62,889 bases of DNA, filler included, from Collodictyon triciliatum (GCA_043381765.1; 35 parts of 35 records of this genome joined end to end with filler, not necessarily neighbours in it); one strand, 5' to 3'; shown: positions 13,470-25,068, counted from the first letter of the whole stretch. Numbers and translations are program-made. The notes: generated from the letters alone by a model not told the origin.

Positions 13470-14349
13470 TCCCCCATTCATTATATTCAAATTTTAATAA
13501 GACAAAATCATATAAGCGGCGAGATAGATGCGCACGTTAGAAAGAGAATTCGAGCAGAAGACGCGTCTTTATTGGCTAATACTGGAAATAAGTCAGTGAT
13601 AGCGAGTTGGTCAGATGGGAGTCCCAACTGGTTGATTGGTTGCGTGGGTAGCAGGGGTTGAATATGTTGTGGGAGATATCGCACGACACATTCCCACATC
13701 TCTCTTCGCTTGCGGTCAGAGTAGCAAAGAATACGGGTGTGTTTCAGCAGGTTGCTCAGGGAGCTGTATTGCACGAGGCTTTCCAGCCTGGTTACATTGA
13801 TTTATCGTTCAGGTGAATCATTAGAGCGAGAGAATGCGCGCACACTCCATAAGGACTACAAGTCCAAAATTTTTCATGTCCAATAACAAAAAGGAATCGC
13901 GAACACGTCACCTCATCTCCTACGAAGTGCCGTCGCCATTTTTCTTTCGCCTGAAGAACCAAAGGCGGTCCATTACGCCTGATTCTCCGCAATTCTCGAT
14001 GGCCATGGCGTGCTCCAAGCCCTTTCGATATAAAATCATCAGTCCGAATCCCTACAAACCGGAGAAAATGAGTGGTTGGGCCGAAACCATAGGCATTATA
14101 GAACCGCCGATAGTCAAAAGCTGGAAGCAAGCCCGTATACCTCAGCTACCATCGAAACACCGCGCCCTACTTCTCAATATCTCCAACAGAAAGCTGTGGA
14201 TAGGTGCGCGTGTAGTCCATGCAGCAACGACCTCTCCAGAATGCACCATGTGCCATAGTGGAGATGACTCTATCGAACACACATTTGTGAATTGCTCTCT
14301 TGCTCAAAAAGTGACAGATTCTACCCACAAGGTGCTCTCTGAGCTTGAT
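13470..14349. mobile_element. LINE family A copy with internal inversion (3' end on minus 13470-13860; upstream ORF2/zf-RVT part on plus 13861-14349)
   Basis: Both halves match the colinear copy at 25270-25875; CCHC motif CTMCHSGDDSIEHTFVNC. Confidence 0.85.
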
Positions 14350-15615
14350 NNNNNNNNNNNNNNNNNNNNNNNNNNNNNNNNNNNNNNNNNNNNTTAATTA
14401 ATTAANNNNNNNNNNNNNNNNNNNNNNNNNNNNNNNNNNNNNNNNNNNNAGCCAAAGCAAAATAGTTTTTTTTAATTGGTGGAACTGCAAAACTGTTTTA
14501 TTGAGTGACACATATGCCACAAACACTTTTGCTGAAGCATGCGTTGATTTCGACCTCTGTCACCTTTTTTATGTTCTCATCCTATTTATTCGAAGGGCGT
14601 ATATTTGCACTGATATTTACCAGAAATTACGCCATGAAAAAATAAAAATCACATAGATGCCATAATCCTTGCTGGTTCTTTTCGTCCATCCTTTCTTCGT
14701 ACACAAAAATCTTATCTTGGCCAGTTGGCTGTTAATTTATGTCTGGGATATGAGCTATTAATCAAAACAATGCAAAATATATAATATCTCATAAATGAAT
14801 AGTAAGTGATGATAATTTTACCCCTCAGCGATGCGTTCTCACGAAAACATGGCCTAGCAATCGCGCAGATGCCTTTTCGATATTCAACTCTTACTCTGTA
14901 CTGNNNNNNNNNNNNNNNNNNNNNNNNNNNNNNNNNNNNNNNNNNNNNNNNNNNNNNNNNNNNNNNNNNNNNNNNNNNNNNNNNNNNNNNNNNNNNNNNN
15001 NNNNNNNNNNNNNNNNNNNNNNNNNNNNNNNNNNNNNNNNNNNNNNNNNNNNNNNNNNNNNNNNNNNNNNNNNNNNNNNNNNNNNNNNNNNNNNNNNNNN
15101 NNNNNNNNNNNNNNNNNNNNNNNNNNNNNNNNNNNNNNNNNNNNNNNNNNNNNNNNNNNNNNNNNNNNNNNNNNNNNNNNNNNNNNNNNNNNNNNNNNNN
15201 NNNNNNNNNNNNNNNNNNNNNNNNNNNNNNNNNNNNNNNNNNNNNNNNNNNNNNNNNNNNNNNNNNNNNNNNNNNNNNNNNNNNNNNNNNNNNNNNNNNN
15301 NNNNNNNNNNNNNNNNNNNNNNNNNNNNNNNNNNNNNNNNNNNNNNNNNNNNNNNNNNNNNNNTTCTTCGCGACGGCTTTGGCGAGCGGCCATACTTCCA
15401 TGTGATCGTAGTAGAGAAACTTGAGCAGGCGCAAGGAGTGCCCGACGAGAAGGTATCCTTGGAATAGTTGCTTTTGAACTAATATCTACAGTGAAAGTGC
15501 TCAGTGATCTTGGTCGGCGCAAGTGGACATATTCACTCTTTGTTCCAGTTCATTTTGTAGAGAACTTGCTCAACTGAGTTTTATCTTACTTCGTATAATG
15601 ATGGAGCTGTGTTTG

Positions 15616-15671
15616 CGACTCCTTATCTATATCTTTTTTTTTTCCTTTATTCGACTCCTTATCTATATCTT
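15616..15671 (-). mobile_element. Tail-only retroposon insertion (AATAAAGG-A8) with 20-bp TSD
   Basis: CGACTCCTTATCTATATCTT at 15616-15635 and 15652-15671 flanks T8-CCTTTATT, the reverse complement of the LINE-A terminus. Confidence 0.7.
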
Positions 15672-16119
15672 AATCTTTACTTTTGCTTTTACTCTTACTT
15701 TTGCCTTGAATTGAACAAAGGAAAAAAATTATGTTCATATTTCTTATGGAGGTGCTGCTTGAATCAATGTTGAAGAATCGGGTATACGCGTGCTGATAAA
15801 ACTTGATGATAGGGTGAAGCAAGTCTAATTGTCGGGTTCGCTATGTACTTTTGGAGCTACAGCTCGTGGAAAGGAAAGTTTTTATACTTGGAAGATTTGG
15901 TAAGACATTATGAAGGATTGTAATTTAAATCATTTTAAGATGTTATATGTTTCTATTGATCTGCTAATTTCAATTTTTTTCTCTTTTTTTCTCTTTTTTT
16001 TCTCTTTTTTTCTCTTTTTTTCTCTTTTTTTCTCTTTTTTTCTCTTTTTTTCTCTTTTTCTCTTTTTTTCTCTTTTTTCTCTTTTTTTCTCTTTTTTTCT
16101 CTTTTTTTCTCTTTTTTTC

Positions 16120-16154
<35 letters not shown>

Positions 16155-16254
16155 NNNNNNNNNNNNNNNNNNNNNNNNNNNNNNNNNNNNNNNNNNNNTT
16201 AATTAATTAANNNNNNNNNNNNNNNNNNNNNNNNNNNNNNNNNNNNNNNNNNNN

Positions 16255-17958
16255 AGGGCTTCATGGTTCACATAGTCATATGCTTTTTCAAGGTCGTAGA
16301 ATATCATGATGCGTGGGTCTTTGGAGACTTGATATTCCATGTATTCCTTGTTCATGAGCCATATGTTTGTGTCGATGTTCCTGCCACGCATAAATCCTAT
16401 TAGCTCCTTTGATATGAGCCTGTCGGAGATATCAGAGATTCGGTTTCTTAGGGTTGTGGCAAATATCTTGTAGTTGTTGTTGAGCAGAGATATCGGGCGC
16501 CAGTCTCTGAGGTCAGTTGCATCCTCTTTCTTTGGGATTAGGCGCACCATTGCTTCTGTATAGCCATCCGGGATGTTGTGCGCATCTGCAATCAAGCTAT
16601 TTAGGAGTCCCAGGAGGGATGTCTTGATGACTTGGAAGAAGGTGGCGTACGCTTCAATAGGTAGGCGGTCAGGACGTGGTGCTTTGCGCTTCGGCATGGA
16701 CTTGATAGCGCTCCATAATTCGTTGTCATCAATGTCTTCGACCATGGATTCTGCCTCCCTTTCGTTTGCCACAGAGCAGTTGTTTGTTACCAGGTTGAGG
16801 GTGGCACGGTCAAAGTCTCGTTTCTTCCACATATCGGCATAGAAGTTTTGGATGTTGGTTTTGCCAATCTCTTCAGGTGGCAGCGGTTCATTCTCGTCTG
16901 ACTCTGGCAGTGGAGAGTAGAACGTCATTTCTTTTTCTTTGCCGAGTCCGAAGAACCATCGGTCGATTTGCTCGTAGTACCTGATGTGTCGTGATTCTCA
17001 TTTTCGTCTTTCAGCTTCGACGTCCTCCGATAGCTGTGCGATTAGTTTATCTTCGACCGATACGATTTTCTTTTTACGCCCTTCGCTCCATGATGAGGGT
17101 TTTGTAGAGGTTGACATGAGAACGTCTCTTTCTCTTTCGAGTGTCCTTCTCTCTTTATTGCTTTTTTCTTGAATTCGCTGGATTTCTCGTTGAGCAAGGA
17201 GATGAGCTTCTCTTTGACAGCCTTTCAGTCGGCGTCTATCGGTTCATCCTCTGGCGTGTTGAAGTGAGACCTCAGACTGTGACTGATTTCTTCTATAGCT
17301 TCCGGGTCGTTGTATGCTCTCCAATCGATACGCTTCGGAGATGCTGGCTTTCCTCCAGCTGTGTCTAGCAACGACACTATAGCAATTTGGTCCGATAGGT
17401 TCTTATCGAATGGGTGCATTCATTTGAACCATGGAGACGTCTCGGTATTGCACAGGAACCGGTCGACTCTGCTCCACGTCGGGCCGCTTCTTGTTTGCCG
17501 CCTGCACGTAGCTCCAAGCAGACTCGGGTAAAGAGTAGTCCATGGGTCATGTAGATTATGTTGATTGACGCAGTTGTCTTGTGGACACGCCTGTCCATTC
17601 TAACTCTGAGTCAAGGACTGCGTTGAAGTCTCCACATATGATTTTATGGGGAGGGTGTCAAGCTCCTTAGTGAGTTGCTCGAAATCCCCCATTCCTGTTT
17701 GGAGGCCAGACGTTTGGAGTACCATGTAGTTAGTGATTATGCTTGTTGTTTTCCCATCCATCTGGATATCCATGCTTATGGCGCGGCCGGGAATAATGAC
17801 TTTGAAGATGGGCTTTAGCTTAGCAATCCACCTTTTGCACAGGATTGCTACGCCGGCATGTTTGTGTTGTGATGTTGATAATGATGGTGACCATAGCTGA
17901 GGGCCCTTCCACCCGAAGTCAGTAGATTGGGTCTCAGGGCTCTGCCACGTCTCTTGAA
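16255..17958 (-). mobile_element. Decayed L1/Tx1-type LINE ORF2: APE endonuclease plus N-terminal RT
   Basis: APE motifs QETW, AGVAIL, ICGDFN, SRVDRF, LSDQ; RT motifs KAPRPDRLP, LIPKK...WRPISLLN, GFMRGR, DLEKAYD; frameshifts and stops present. Confidence 0.92.
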
Positions 17959-18879
17959 NNNNNNNNNNNNNNNNNNNNNNNNNNNNNNNNNNNNNNNNNN
18001 NNTTAATTAATTAANNNNNNNNNNNNNNNNNNNNNNNNNNNNNNNNNNNNNNNNNNNNTTTCTTTTTTTCTTTTTTTTCTTTTTTTCTTTTTTTTCTTTT
18101 TTTTCTTTTTTTTCTTTTTTTTCTTTTTTTTTCTTTTTTTCCTTCTTTTTACAGAAGAGGGGATTCGAAGGGGAGCGTTCTTTGAGAATTATGGGAAATA
18201 TCTGCCTTACACTTTATGTCCAGCGATATACGTACGGGAAAGGGTTTATCAAAAAAGATTATTTCATCAATTCTAATGGCCTTGAAAGATTAAAATGGCT
18301 ATCATTATGCTTTCGTGCGCATCTCACAAGCAAAATTGCATCATTAGGACCATTTCTTCATGTATAAATGTATGTAAAGATAACTGATTGCAAGACACAT
18401 TATTCACAGGAGCTGCCTGTAAGATACCACATATTTCCAGAAAGGTATTCAACCAATCTTCCATATATACAGGTATTGATCACCTCTCTTTACTCATGAA
18501 TCGAAGTGCTTCGTAAGAGTTATTCGTTTCTTTTCGTATCGTATGGTTTCTTTCATACTAGACTCGGAAAAGAGATAGACGCATCCTGATGTTGATTTTA
18601 TTTGTTTACATAAACCCAGCCAATCACGAACAATTTTCAAGTCTCTATTTGAAGCGTTTCATTTTCTTAATTTAGGAAACGAAGTCCAGCTCACAAGAAA
18701 AGAAATAGCCTGTTGAATAAATGACAATAACAACAACAAAATACAAATACAAATAAATCCTTGGACGCATCATCCCCTAGTTTCTTTCGTTGATTTTAGC
18801 AAGGATTTATTTGCAGCCTTTCTTCGCACACGAACACACATTAGAATTCAATATATGTGCATCAGGACAGGTTTTCCAT

Positions 18880-19620
18880 TCACAAGACATCTCGTCTGCT
18901 TCGCTGAAGAATAAAGTCGCACACAGTCGGGGACGACTCGACCACGACGACATTTTGTTGCTGCGAAGCAAACCCATCTGCCTCTACTTGAAGAGTATAT
19001 GAGCCGGGCAACAACATGCGGTAATAGTCCCCAAACTCAGGGTCCGTGTGAACCGCTTGGCTGCGTCCAGATACAAGAATGCGGGCTGCAACTGGTTTGC
19101 CTTCAGTGTCGTGGACGAAGCCTCTGACTCCTTTGTGGACAACTTGCAAAAAGATATAAATTCAGGATTAGGTCAGGATTGCTATGGAGGGGATAAAAAC
19201 AAAAAAAGGAAAAAGGGAAACTTTCGCTCGTCTTAGCTATTATTTGTACCCTTTTTTTTTTGAAAAAAAAAAAAACATGGAATAGGAGATGGTCGATAAA
19301 GCGTTTTGGATAATTCGCGATATATGCAATTGTCGAGTCCCCTTTGTATTTTTTTTCAGTATATTACATTTCATGAATGCAATAAGAGCATGTTGATTTT
19401 CATTCCAGAAGGTAGGCAATTGACTAGCCGGAGGGTATTTTACATCGCTCAATTCCAGTGTTATCTATGATTATAAATCATGTAAACATAAACCCCTGTG
19501 TTGCTTATTACCATCATTGTTATAACCATTTTTTCTTTCCTAGATTATGGGAAATATAAAACCTGGAAGTTTCCAAGGGTAAGATAGTTCCAGTCCTGCA
19601 TCCCACCATAGAGTGCGTAC
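18880..19620 (-). CDS. Metallocarboxypeptidase M14B (CPD/CPE-like) C-terminus with transthyretin-like domain
   Basis: (W)YALYGGMQDWNY-ITLELSDVKYP...FWNENQHAL-VHKGVRGFV...GDYYRMLLPGSY; catalytic Glu (ELS) retained. Confidence 0.9.
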
Positions 19621-19883
19621 CTAAACATTGGACTGTGAGCATAGTAAAGTACTTTTCTTTTTCTTTTTTTCTTTTTCTTTTCTTTTCTTTTCTTTTCTTT
19701 TCTTTTCTTTTCTTTTCTTTTCTTTTCTTTTCTTTTCTTTTCTTTTCTTTTCTTTTCTTTTCNNNNNNNNNNNNNNNNNNNNNNNNNNNNNNNNNNNNNN
19801 NNNNNNTTAATTAATTAANNNNNNNNNNNNNNNNNNNNNNNNNNNNNNNNNNNNNNNNNNNNGATTATGGTCCCAACCGACTA

Positions 19884-20403
19884 GGGGCAGACGTTGTAGT
19901 CCAACTGGCATGGGACAGCGTCTGACCTGCGCGAACGTGGTTCGAACCCCACAGGGTGCGCGGTGTGTGTGATTCCGGCCCTGTATCACGCATTCCCTGA
20001 GCCCTCCTCCTGTGCCCTCAATTATACCCAATCCAGGGCAGCCGGGGTGTGCTTCGCCAGACAACGGAGCACACCCCACAAATCCCGAAGAAAATGACGT
20101 CACCAGAAGAGTGCTTCCATGAGAGAGGAATGAGATGCCATATCTACGCCGAGCTTCGACCCCACAAAAAGACACCCCATAGAATCGTCCCCCCTCTATT
20201 CCATGTCTTCCCTTCTTGGAAAATCCCCCATGCCTCCCAGACAACGCTTTGTAACACCCAGGCCACAGGCCAAACCGCAGGATGCAATCCTGAGTACCAA
20301 CGACTTCTCCGCCGACAAGTAGCGCCCATACAAACGATGGCTAGCGAACCAAAGCCAACACCCCCACGGTCCTGCACAAAAGTTGAAAGGAAGAATAAAA
20401 AAA
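19884..20403 (+). mobile_element. tRNA-headed SINE, 520 bp, poly(A) tail, 17-bp TSD
   Basis: A box TAGTCCAACTGG 19897-19908; B box GGTTCGAACCC 19939-19949; AATAAAAAAA tail; TSD ATG(G/C)TCCCAACCGACTA at 19867-19883 and 20404-20420. Confidence 0.8.
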
Positions 20404-20900
20404 ATGCTCCCAACCGACTAAGCGCGTCTGACATCCTGTTTGACCCACCATACCAAATGACCCACAACTCTAGAATACTCTGGACAGTCACAAGGGGACG
20501 TATGCTGTGGTCCTTATGGAGTGTGCGTGCATTCTCTCGCTCCAATGATTCATCCGAACGAGAAATCAATGTGTCCAGGCTGGAAAGCCTCGTGCAATAC
20601 AGCTTCCTGAACAACCTGTTGTAACACGCTCGCATTCTTCGCTACTCTGACCGCAAGCGAAGAGAGATGTGGGAATGTGTCGTAAGATATCTCCTACAAC
20701 ATATCCAAACCCTGCTACCCACGCAACCAATCAACCGGTTGGGTCGCCCACCTGACCAGCTCGCTATCACTGATTTCTTTCCAGTGCTAGCTACTACAAA
20801 GTAGTGTCTTCTCCTACTCGAGTTTGCTCTCTTCCATGCGCATCTATCTCGCCCCTTTGTATAGCATGAACTCGCTGTACTTTGGTTCATATAAATTAAA
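20404..20900 (+). mobile_element. LINE family A 3' end (host of the SINE; its 5' part continues at 19863-19883)
   Basis: High identity to 25383-25875. Confidence 0.9.
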
Positions 20901-21069
20901 CTAACCGAATTTCCATACTGTTGTATAATTGTATAATCCATTCATGAAAATTTAATTCATTGTTGATCAAATTGTGAGTGTTGTCTGGTTATTTTGTTAG
21001 TGAAGTAGATGGGTTTATTTTTAAATTTTTGTAACAGTTGATGGCCAACAATTTTGATGACAATTTCCC

Positions 21070-21465
21070 TTACTCATAATTCTGTTTCATAATCATCTTA
21101 ACGTATTTGAGTACCCTGGGAATATCGTAATACGATCTCTCTCCACTCAAAGCAACATATGGGAATTGAAGCTTCCTCGCCATAGTTGCGTAGCAGGCAA
21201 CGACTCCTGGTGGTCTTGTTGGGCTCATAGGGCTTACGTCATGAATTTCGAGTATACTCGTAAAAGTGGAGAACATCATATTTACAAACCCTGCGCCGTG
21301 ATGACCTATTATAATATTAGCGTTGCAGAATATTTCAACAGTTCTCTCCATCGAATCCATTTCATATGTTATTATGTTCCATTTGGACTTGTAAATATAT
21401 TGCAATGCTGCAACCATGTGTTTCGTATTATTGACTGCTCTTCTTTCCCGTCTGTCCAAGACGAT
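21070..21465 (-). CDS. Glycosyltransferase family 61 (DUF563-like) C-terminal fragment, possibly disrupted
   Basis: IVLDRRERRAVNN...TVEIFCNANIIIGHHGAGFVNMMFS...ILEI...YATMARKL: HGAG..N..F signature. Confidence 0.75.
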   Translation of the reverse strand: MVLDRRERRAVNNTKHMVAALQYIYKSKWNIITYEMDSMERTVEIFCNANIIIGHHGAGFVNMMFSTFTSILEIHDVSPMSPTRPPGVVACYATMARKLQFPYVALSGERSYYDIPRVLKYVKMIMKQNYE

Positions 21466-21565
21466 TTTTTTTTGGTTTCTTTTCAACAGTTTATTGAGAG
21501 AAAACAAAGCCGAGGAAACCGCCTTCGCCTCTAGGACAAGAAATGAGCTGTGGACGAGACAGTGG
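21466..21565 (-). mobile_element. Family B element 3' tail with AATAAA and poly(A)
   Basis: Reverse complement of 42177-42276 and 47117-47205. Confidence 0.85.
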
Positions 21566-21698
21566 NNNNNNNNNNNNNNNNNNNNNNNNNNNNNNNNNNN
21601 NNNNNNNNNTTAATTAATTAANNNNNNNNNNNNNNNNNNNNNNNNNNNNNNNNNNNNNNNNNNNNACGAGCGTGTCTGTTTGATTTATGTGTATCAGA

Positions 21699-22583
21699 TT
21701 ATAGTCCATCCAGTAAGTCTGATGTTGATGGAAAAAGGAGGTAACGCTAATTCTTTTTCTAATTATTTTTTTTTACTTTATTATTCGATTCAAATGTGGT
21801 GACGCTAACTCTAGATTTATTTCGCATTTTGCATCTAACTATTCATAAAATAGGAACATTCCTGTGAGTCTGTCCACTAATAGTTTGAAAGGAAGAAATC
21901 TCTATGGTATGTATATTACTATAAATGGTGATAAAATTGCTTATTTATTGTGCGTGGTTAATAGTATATGTAACAAAAAAATCACTGTAAAATAGAACGG
22001 TCCTTTAGTCCAAAAAATCAGTCAAGGTTGATTTTTAAAATGAAGAGGAATAATTCACTCGCGACCAATAAATAGACTTTGCCATTTATACCGTGTATCA
22101 CATCACTTTAAAAATATTATGCATCTGGACCTGCCTAATACATGTTCTACTTCAATATGTAGGCGTGGCAGTAAAACGATGGGGTCAAGTTCACGTGTTG
22201 GTGGATTTAATCCTGATCTTGTGCCTAGTGTCAGGGTATAATATTTAAACGTTAAAGAATCATTCGTAAATAGACCCATGGAATGTTACTTCAAGAATTG
22301 CTTCTTCAATTTTTAGAATGTTTTTTACATATCCGGGAGAAAACCGCCCGTTAAAATACAACCAAGAAAATTTATCGGTATTTTTCACATGTACCTTGCA
22401 TTTGTTTAATACCTTAGCTTTGATGTTGTTTGTTTGTTTGTTTGTTTGTTTGTTTGTTTGTTTGTTTGTTTGTTTGTTTGTTTGTTTGTTTGTTTGTTTG
22501 TTTTTTGAGTTGCCTCTCGTTTCAACTGCGAACGCATTGAGATTCGCGTACTGATTTTTTTACTTTATAAAACAGAGAAAACG
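21699..22583 (+). CDS. Small-exon gene of unknown function (3' end)
   Basis: Series of short open segments bounded by AG/GT (e.g. NIPVSLSTNSLKGRNLY, RGSKTMGSSSRVGGFNPDLVPSVR, NVFYISGRKPPVKIQPRKFI); no family recognised. Confidence 0.35.
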
Positions 22584-23467
22584 CTAAGTACAATGTCGCT
22601 GCCGCAATCTCCGTCACACTTTCAGTCTTCTTTCAAAAAAGAATTAATTGGAAAGGGTGCACATAGATAAATTTTTTGTCATAATTCTTTTAAAAATATA
22701 TGGATTTAATTCAAGTACATTCAATCCACATTTACATTAGAGTCCTTAGATATATTCCACGACATGTTCTGGTTCGTCCACTGCCTGTTTTTCCAGTCGG
22801 ATTCAGAAGCACACCAAGAAGCACTGATTGACAGTCTTTCCAACAAATTCATCCAATTGTTCTTACCTATCCAACACAGAGATTTGTTTATGCAGGTATT
22901 CTTTCTTTTCATGTAAATCGCTTTAGAAACACATGCATTTCATAAGAATTTTATGGTATCCATTAGTTTAGAAACGAACCGTGTCAGACTAAAAGATTAA
23001 TTGTTTTATGGATATAGTATTATCCTTTTGTTCTTGCATACTCTATCGCAGCGTGCTTCCAAGAGACGTTTGTGTCAGACAGGGTTTTTTTCTTTTAGAA
23101 GCACCTCGCGTTTTGTACAAAAAAAAACTGTTATTTAGTGATAAAAGTGAAAGAAAACCACATACCCTCGAATCTACATCATCTTAATTTTCTTTTTTTT
23201 TCTTTTTTTCTTTTTTTCTTTTTTTCTTTTTTTCTTTTTTTCTTTTTTTCTCTTTTTCTTTTTTTCTCTTTTTCTCTTTTTCTTTTTTTCTCTTTTTCTT
23301 TTTTTCTCTTTTTCTTTTTTTCTCTTTTTCTTTTTTTCTCTTTTTCTTTTTTTCTCTTTTTCTTTTTNNNNNNNNNNNNNNNNNNNNNNNNNNNNNNNNN
23401 NNNNNNNNNNNTTAATTAATTAANNNNNNNNNNNNNNNNNNNNNNNNNNNNNNNNNNNNNNNNNNNN

Positions 23468-23567
<100 letters not shown>

Positions 23568-24802
23568 GGGATGGATACAAAAAGCACGTCTAATGGGTGA
23601 TTTATGTTTTAAAATTACTTGTTGCCCAGGAAGACATAGCAACGACTAGTGAGTAATTTTTATGTAGAAAGAAAATTAATTTATAATTTCCGAGTGAACG
23701 GTCAGATAGATTTGCTTTTTGAATAAAGCATTTATATATGTATGAGCTTTGAATGATAAAATGCAAAGGAGGCCATTTAATGACACTTGAAGAGGAAGGC
23801 AACCAGCTAGTTTCATTCTTTTGACTTATGAATAGAAAAAAATTACTCTGAGTCAGCCTTGAAAAATTCTCGAAAATTCTTGTTGTCAAGGGCTACACGG
23901 ATTAATGCAATTCTTTATTATTAATATTAATATTATTGCTGGTATACCCTTTCGGTAGTTTCAGCAAATAATTAACAATTATGTCTGAAATTAACTCATA
24001 CGTATATATAAAAAGGTAAGTCTTAACATCACGACAAAAAATGAAGAGAAAAAAAAGATCATGCACATGCACAGGGGGGATAAATGCGAGAGAAAGTGCG
24101 ATGCACTTTATTTTTTCACGAAGTTGGAATAAATTCCATTAAAACATCTGTTAAAAAAATAGAGATAAAAATTTTTCTCCACAGTTAATGGTCATTTCGT
24201 TTTCGCGCATACTTACCTAATGAAACGAGTTGCTCTGTCGGTGGTGCCAGTGAAAAAAGGATGTGATCTCTGTTCCTCGGAAACAAAAAAAAAATGTTGA
24301 AAGACACACAGAAATAAAGGTCAGAGGAAGAGAGGGGATCGCCCAAAGTATTTAAAAGGCATAATTTAAGGACGTGTTAAAGGGTTGATATTTCTCGGAT
24401 GGTATGTTACTTTGTGAGGAAATAGTTCTTTTGGTTTTCTTGCTCCAACAATTGCTCCGTGACTTTCAGAATCGATGACATGCTCATGGTTGCCTGTGCT
24501 TCAGAGGTCTACACTTTTCAATTCCGTTGAATAGAATATAAGGTAAAATGGAGAGAGAATAGAAAAAAAAGAAAAGAAAAGAAAAGAAAAAAAGAAAAGA
24601 AAAGAGAAGAAAAAGAAAGAAAGAACTGATAAGGTAGAGTTCGACATTGATCAGACGGCCAGAGGGGACAGGGACACTCTTGTGGGGAATGGGATTGGCA
24701 AGTCCGTGGCTGTACGAGACGTGCGGTCTGGGGAGTTTGAATTGTCTCCAAAAAGCGCCAAGACATAAGTGGAAGTTCGACCTGTGTTGTCGCAAAAATA
24801 TT

Positions 24803-24884
24803 CTTCATAAACAGGATTCGAACCTGCGCGTGCAAAATGACCCGAAAACCAAGCCTTTCCCCTTGACCACCCGGCCACAGCGTC
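24803..24884 (-). pseudogene. tRNA-Ser-derived pseudo-tRNA or SINE head
   Basis: GACGCTGTGGCCGGGTGGTCAAGG...TTTGCACGCGCAGGTTCGAATCCTGT: A box, B box and T-arm intact, but acceptor and anticodon stems do not pair. Confidence 0.65.
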
Positions 24885-24901
24885 TTTTCCTTTGCCTTAG
24901 G

Positions 24902-25068
24902 AGTTGTATCTCAATTTAATATTAAATAAAAATAACTTAGCTGTATCTCAATGTAATATCAAATAAAAATAACATAGCTGTATCTCAATCTAATATCAAA
25001 TAAAAATAACATAGCTGTATCTCAATCTAATATCAAATAAAAATAACATAGCTGTATCTCAATCTAAT
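24902..25068. repeat. 37-bp minisatellite, ~4.5 copies (AGCTGTATCTCAATCTAATATCAAATAAAAATAACAT)
   Basis: Units start at 24902, 24939, 24976, 25013, 25050. Confidence 0.92.

Noticed and set aside
14712-15900. Spliced minus-strand gene fragments here, and similar ones at 29150-29960, 32820-33480, 47220-48230 and 55587-55616
   Set aside because: Exon-like but no family recognised and boundaries uncertain, so not called.
24902-25068. 37-bp repeats as a CRISPR array
   Set aside because: Head-to-tail with no unique spacers; eukaryotic context; no cas genes.
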